From Stegostoma tigrinum (Eukaryota): a stretch of 64,000 nt of DNA. The translations under genes were made by a program, and so were the position numbers. Within the stretch, counting starts at the first letter, position 1; every line of letters begins with the position of its first letter. Positions 58,012 to 64,000 of this stretch are shown here, piece by piece. Location: assembly GCF_030684315.1 (NCBI RefSeq), contig NC_081380.1, positions 17,799,398 through 17,863,397 on the forward strand. Direction: 5' to 3'. The notes under the pieces were generated by a model, which was given only the letters and a program-made list of their open reading frames with translations, ran no database searches and was not told where the DNA came from.

Positions 58012-60537
58012 GTGATAATGGGAACTGCAGATGCTGGAGAATCCGAGATAATAAAATGTGAGGCTGGATGAACACAGCAGGCCAAGCAGCGTCTCAGGAG
58101 CACAAAAGCTGACGTTTCGGGCCTAGACCCTTCATCAGAGAGGGGGATGGGGGTGAGGGTTCTGGAATATATAGGGAGAGAGGGCAAGGCGGACCGAAGA
58201 TGGAGAGAAAAGAAGATAGGTGGAGAGGAGAGTATAGGTGGGGAGGTAGGGAGGGGATAGGTCAGTCCAGGGAAGACAGACAGGTCAAGGAGGTGGGATG
58301 AGGTTAGTAGGTAGGAGATGGAGGTGCGGCTTGGGGTGGGAGGAAGGGATGGGTGAGAGGAAGAACAGGTTAGGGAGGCAGAGACGGGTTGGACTGGTTT
58401 TGGGATGCAGTGGGTGGAGCTGGGCTGGTTGTGTGGTGCAGTGGGGGGAGGGGACGAACTGGGCTGGTTTTGGGATGCGGTGGGGGAAGGGGAGATTTTG
58501 AAGCTGGTGAAGTCCACACTGATACCATTGGGCTGCAGGGTTCCCAAGCGGAATATGAGTTGCTGTTCCTGCAACTTCGGGTGGCATCATTGTGGCACTA
58601 CAGGAGGCCCATGATGGACATGTCCTCAAAAGAATGGGAGGGGGAGTGGAAATGGTTTGCGACTGGGAGGTGCAGTTGTTTATTGCGAACCGAGTGGAGG
58701 TGTTCTGCAAAGCGGTCCCCAAGCCTCCGCTTGGTTTCCCCAACGTAGAGGAAGCCACGCCGGGTACAGTGGATGCAGTATACCACATTGGCAGATGTGC
58801 AGGTGAACCTCTGCTTAATGTGGAAAGTCATCTTGGGGCCTGGGATGGGGTGAGGGAGGAGGTGTGGGGGCAAGTGTAGCATTTCCTGCGGTTGCAGGGG
58901 AAGGTGCCGGGTGTGGTGGGGTTGGAGGGCAGTGTGGAGCGAACAAGGGAGTCATGGAGAGAGTGGTGTCTCCGGAAAGCAGACATGGGTGGGGATGGAA
59001 AAATGTCTTGGGTGGTGGGGTCAGATTATAGATGGCGGAAGTGTCGGAGGATGATGCGTTGTATCCGGAGGTTGGTCGGGTGGTGTGTGAGAACGAGGGG
59101 GATCCTCTTTGGGCAGTTGTGGCGGGGGCGGGGTGTGAGGAATGTGTTGCGGGAAATGCGGGAGACGCGGTCAAGGGCGTTCTCGACCACTGTGGGGGGA
59201 AAGTTGCAGTCCTTGAAGAACTTGGACATCTGGGATGTGCGGGAGTGGAATGCCTCATCGTGGGAGCAGATGCGGCGGAGGCGGAGGAATTGGGAATAGG
59301 GGATGGAATTTTTGCAGGAGGGTGGGTGGGAGGAGGTGGGCTTGAAATGGACATCAGTTACAAGCTGGTTGCCTGAGATGGAGACTGAGAGATCCAGGAA
59401 GGTGCGGGATGTGCTGGAGATGGCCCAGGTGAACTGAAGGTTGGGGTGGAAGGTGTTGAAGTGGATGAACTGTTCAAGCTCCTCTGGGGAGCAAGAGGCG
59501 GCGCCGATACAGTCATCAATGTAACGGAGGAAGAAGTGGAGTTTGGGACCTGTGTTACAATCCGACCCCACCACCCAAGACATTTTTCCATCCCCACCCA
59601 TGTCTGCTTTCCGGAGAGACCACTCTCTCCGTGACTTCCTTGTTCGCTCCACACTACCCTCCAACCCCATCACACCCGGCACCTTCCCCTGCAAACGCAG
59701 GAAATGCTACACTTGCCCCCACACCTCCCCCCTCACCCCTATCCCAGGCCCCAAGATGACTTTCCACATTAAGCAGAGGTTCACCTGCACATCTGCCAAT
59801 GCGGTATACTGCATCCACTGTACCCGGCGTGGCTTCCTCTACATTGGGGAAACCAAGCAAAGGCTTGGGGACCGCTTTGCAGAACACCTCCGCTCGGTTC
59901 GCAATAAACAACTGCACCTCCCAGTCGCAAACCATTTCCACTCCCCCTCCCATTCTTTAGAGGACATGTCCATCATGGGCCTCCTGCAGTGCCACAATGA
60001 TGCCACCCAAAGGTTGCAGGAACAGCAACTCATATTCCGCTTGGGAACCCTGCAGCCCAATGGTATCAATGTGGACTTCACCAGCTTTAAAATCTCCCCT
60101 TCCCCCACCGCATCCCAAAACCAGCCCAGTTCATCCCCGCCCCCCACTGCACCACACAACCAGCCCAGTTCTTCCCCTCCACCCACTGCATCCTAAAATC
60201 AGTCCAACCCGTCTCTGCCTCCCTAACCTGTTCTTCCTCTCACCCATCCCTTACTCCCACCCCAAGCCGCACCTCCATCTCCTACCAACTAACCTCATCC
60301 CTCCTCCTTGACCTGTCCGTCTTCCCTGGACTGACCTATCCCCTTCCCACCTATACTCTCCTCTCCACCTATCTTCTTTTCTCTCCATCTTCGGTCCGCC
60401 TTCTCCTCTCTCCCTATTTATTCCAGAACCCTCACCCCATCCCCCTCTCTGATGAAGGGTCTAGGCCTGAAACGTCAGCTTTTGTGCTCCTGAGATGCTG
60501 CTGGGCCTGCTGTGTTCATCGAGCCTCACATTTTATT
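58012..60537. mobile_element. Penelope-like element (family A) with RT C-terminus, Cys-rich linker and GIY-YIG, inverted arms, in MRPS17 intron 1
   Basis: FFLRYIDDCIG RT motif; TFPCKRRKCYTCPH linker; GIY-YIG; 14-bp TSD aaccagctgaagga at 57998-58011 and 60538-60551. Confidence 0.92.
58109..58140 (-). ncRNA. Minimal hammerhead motif (family A), sense to MRPS17 pre-mRNA; mirror copy at 60447-60478 (+)
   Basis: Reverse complement reads ctCTGATGAagggtctaggcccGAAACGTCag. Confidence 0.65.
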
Positions 60538-61004
60538 AACCAGCTGAAGGATTCGGGTTGATAAGATCTGCCTATTTTCGGGACATATGGTCCACACTAA
60601 TCTCTCCTTCAAACACATTAGTATTTCTTTCTATCATGATTTCAGAAGTACTTGGAAGCAAGGCTTCGAAATAAATGCATTATATAATAATGTTATATAA
60701 TAAGGCTTATCCCTTTCAACACCACCAACATTGGTTACATCTTCCTTATTCAGTGAAATTCTCATTTTCGTCTATAAAAGAATTCAGAAGATTTTGAGAA
60801 CTTCGGACATTGCTACACTCGGATAACATGAGAAGAGAATAAGAGAATTTGACCAAATAATGCACGGCAATAATTATTAGCTTGGGGTCTTAAAGCAAAA
60901 TATAAGAAATAAGTAAGACTTTTGTGTAATGTTTTCCTCTTATCGATGTTGTTTACTACCTCCTAATCACGTAGAAGAAGCACCTTGATGTGCCATGAAC
61001 ATAC

Positions 61005-61115
61005 CTGATCGGGTCCACTCCTCCCGGATAGAGAATTTCGAAGAGACGGACACTTCCGCTGGCAGCAGCGCATGCGCGGTACCTCTGCCTGAGGTGTGCA
61101 CATGCGCGCAATGTC
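61005..61115 (-). promoter_or_regulatory. MRPS17 non-coding exon 1 (donor after 61005) and promoter with ETS/GABP and NRF1 sites
   Basis: CAG|gtatgt donor at 61004; CACTTCCGC 61051-61059; GCGCATGCGC 61068-61077; second NRF1-like GCACATGCGCGCA near 61098-61110; CpG-rich. Confidence 0.7.
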
Positions 61116-62209
61116 CTCGCCTATGTTCTATGTTGCGGGTTATCTCGGCATTTGGAGCTAAAATGGGTTCGCAAGTCGGCCTTATGATCTGAACACGAAG
61201 ATTGTACATGTAGATCTAAATTCAATTCCACCCCAGTCCCCTTGATTTTACCTTTCTTTTCAAAAGTGCGGGTTATGGTTGTCTTTTGAGTGGTAACGTT
61301 CTTGCTTGAGTCAGAAGGTTCTGGATTGTGTGAAATGCTACAGTGTCGGAGGTGCTTTTTTGATGAAATGTTAAATCTGCTGCAAAAACAGAAATTGCTG
61401 GAAAAAGTCAGCAGGTTTTATGTTAAAGTTGCACGATAATAATCCAGTAGCATTATTCTAAGGGCAGGGGAATTATCCTTAGTGTGCTGACCGACATTCA
61501 CTGCATTCTCTATCAACATTAGAAAACAGATTGTCTAACCATTCATAGTGCTGTAATAAAGCTAAAACAAAAACAAATTGCTGGAGACACGCAGGTCTGG
61601 CCGCATCTGTGAGAAGAAAGTTAACGTTTCGAGTCCAATGACTTCACCAGAACCGATTCATTTTGCTGTTTCTGGGTGTTTGCTGTGTGTAAATTCGCTT
61701 TTGTTTTTACATTAGAACATCGTCTTTCAGTTCAAACATATTATCGGGTAAAGCGCTGGGGGACGTCTTTTTGTTCTTCCCCCGGACTGTCACAGAAAAC
61801 ACATCGCGAATCTGTGCGGTATCTTAGCGAAGGCTGAAAATACGTTCCATACATATTCAGCGAGAAGGTATTAATCACGTCAACGGTGTGAAAAGTGACT
61901 ACTGCATCCTACAAGTGAATAAAAACAGAAGGAGTGAAGTTGTCTTGCTGGAGAAAAGAGGAAGGCAGTATTGCTACGGGATTAAAGGAAGGGAGTTGTA
62001 GGAGGAATGAGGAAGAAGGGGTGATGTGGAAACCAAGACCTAGAGAAACTCAACAAGTCTGGCAATACCTGTGGAGAGAAAGCAGAGTCAAATGAGTAAC
62101 CCCGTCATGGAAACGTTAGTTCTGTTTTCTCTCCTAAGATGCTGCTCGACTTGCTGAGTTTCTCCTGCAGTTTCTGTTTGAGATTTCCAGCATCCCCAAT
62201 TCTTTTATA

Positions 62210-62463
62210 GAGATAGTTGGAACTGCTGATGCTGGAGTCTGAGATAACAAGGTGTAGAGCTGGAGGAACACAGCAGGCCAGGGAGCAGCATCCTTCGGGT
62301 CCCGACCCGAAACGTCAGCTTACCTAGATAACAAAGTGTGGAGCTGGATGAACACAGCAGGCCAAACAGCATCTTAGGAGCACAAAAGCCGACGTTTCGG
62401 GCCTAATCGCTTCATCAGAAAAAAGTCAGCTTTCCTGTTCCTGCAGCTCCGCACTGGGTTATC
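62210..62463. mobile_element. Nested Penelope-derived mini-elements abutting the CpG-island exon
   Basis: Outer family A2 palindrome interrupted by a family A fragment 62326-62424 with TSD gtcagcttWcct (62314-62325 and 62425-62436). Confidence 0.8.
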
Positions 62464-62474
62464 CTAAATTTTTC

Positions 62475-62739
62475 AGGTGTCGCCTGGGCTGCTGGCCGGT
62501 CCTCCCACCGGGAGGGTGCGCTCCATTGCAGTTGGCCGCTGTCGCTCCGTGGAGCCGCGGTGCTGGGCAGGCGCAGGGCCGGACGGAATGAACCGATTCT
62601 GGATGTCGCTCGTAGAGCTGAGTCCGTGACATTGTTCAGTGCCGGTGGCCGAGAGTGGCCGCTGTTGGACAGTCCGGGCTGACCGTCAGCTTCACACGGC
62701 AGTGCCTGTAACTGCAGGCCCGGGGCTCGGTCTTTGTCG
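62475..62739 (+). other. CpG-island first exon (probably 5'UTR) of an unidentified gene divergent from MRPS17
   Basis: GC/CpG-rich block ending in consensus donor TCG|gtgagt at 62740; contains only a 13-aa uORF (62588-62629). Confidence 0.55.
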
Positions 62740-64000
62740 GTGAGTATCGGCAGTGAGCACTGGCTGAATCCTGAATGGAGCCAAGCCTAAAGAAAATGAA
62801 CTTATTCAAATGAGATGATAATTTACTGGGGAATGTTGCGGTAACATTTTCAATTATGGTTGGACAGAACAGGGTAACTATTGTTTAGGCCTTCAGAATT
62901 GTTTGATCCTGATATAGTATGTGCTGGATTGTGAAATCTGAATCATATTTGTATTTTGTGAGGTCGGTATTTGTGGATATCTCTCCACTCGAGATAAACA
63001 ATAACCAGAATGGCCAGTGATGCGAATTGAGAAATAACCTTAGTAATTTTAGCCATCTGGAACTGCCTTTGAACTTGTCACACTTTTTATGGTTTCTTAC
63101 AACTTACTGCGGAGCCTAAGTCTCACTGCACCAAACACACACACAATAAATGATGCACAGATTGAAATAAATCTTCCTTTTTCTTCCATTTTATTCTCAA
63201 ATCAGTTTAAAGTAGCAAGCGCCTCTCAAAACACCTACATGTGCTTTGAGAGGCCACTGTTGTGGGGGGAAAGAACTCACAAGTCTGTAAGAAAAAGTGT
63301 CAAACATTTCATAACTGCCAGAGGAAAGACGTTGAGGATACAGGCGAACAGAATGAGCCAGGCAATTGTCACTGTAAATTATAATAGCAGAAGTAGGCCA
63401 TTGGGTCCATCAATTCCCAACCTCATTCAGTGAAATCATGGTTGATCTGATAATTCTAAATCATCATATCATATTTGTTCGTGAGAGAAGCTTTTGATTG
63501 CATATCTACAACATCACTAAGATTGACTATTTTTAACATTTATTCTGCCTCAGCTCATCTGTAAATCCCATTTCATGCCTTTGCTTTAGATTTGATTTAA
63601 TCTAATGCGCGGCTGCCCATTCTCCATGTTCTTCCCATGTTATAGGTAATCCAAAATTCTGATGGCCATCTCCTTATTTGCATCAAGTCCTGGTCACCAA
63701 TGATCACTGTGATCACTGATATAGATTGACCTAATGCCTTGATGATAAAACTCATGCTTGATTTTAAACCTAACACCTCCAACTGTTTTGCCTCTCCCTA
63801 TCTCTGTGATTTGTTTTGCCTCCACAAAATTTTGAGATAACTGCCCGCTCCTGATTCTGGCCCCTTAATCAGTCCTGATTTTAACTGTTCTAATGTTCAT
63901 GCTGTGTGATTAGCTGCCAGTTCTCTCAACATTAGAAGCCCTGTATTCTCCTGCCTTCCAATGTAAAACATCTTCTGCATTCTCTGCCCACTGTCTCTTT

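Overview
Vertebrate genomic DNA, most likely a cartilaginous fish (shark-type HE1/V-SINEs, DeuSINEs, CR1/L2 LINEs and Penelope-like elements); the organism call is an inference from repeat content. It holds three complete spliced genes in the same order and relative orientation as human 7p11.2. PSPH (+) has 5 coding exons (1986-8745, 225 aa). NIPSNAP2/GBAS (-) has 10 exons (48967-20590, 296 aa). MRPS17 (-) has 2 coding exons (56327-54387, 142 aa) plus a probable non-coding exon 1. A probable first exon of an unidentified divergent gene lies near 62.5-62.7 kb. The most unusual feature is a dense set of Penelope-like retroelement (PLE) insertions from at least three families. They form fold-back palindromes with 11-16 bp target-site duplications (TSDs), range from 2.5-3.2 kb elements with RT/GIY-YIG remnants down to about 165-400 bp non-coding mini-palindromes, and carry minimal type I hammerhead ribozyme motifs whose stems co-vary between families. 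Several ribozyme copies lie in sense orientation within host introns. Secondary candidates are a PSPH 5'UTR micro-exon creating a uORF whose stop overlaps the main ATG, and a frame-preserving, stop-free 87-nt intron in NIPSNAP2. All coordinates were read by eye; repeat boundaries are approximate.
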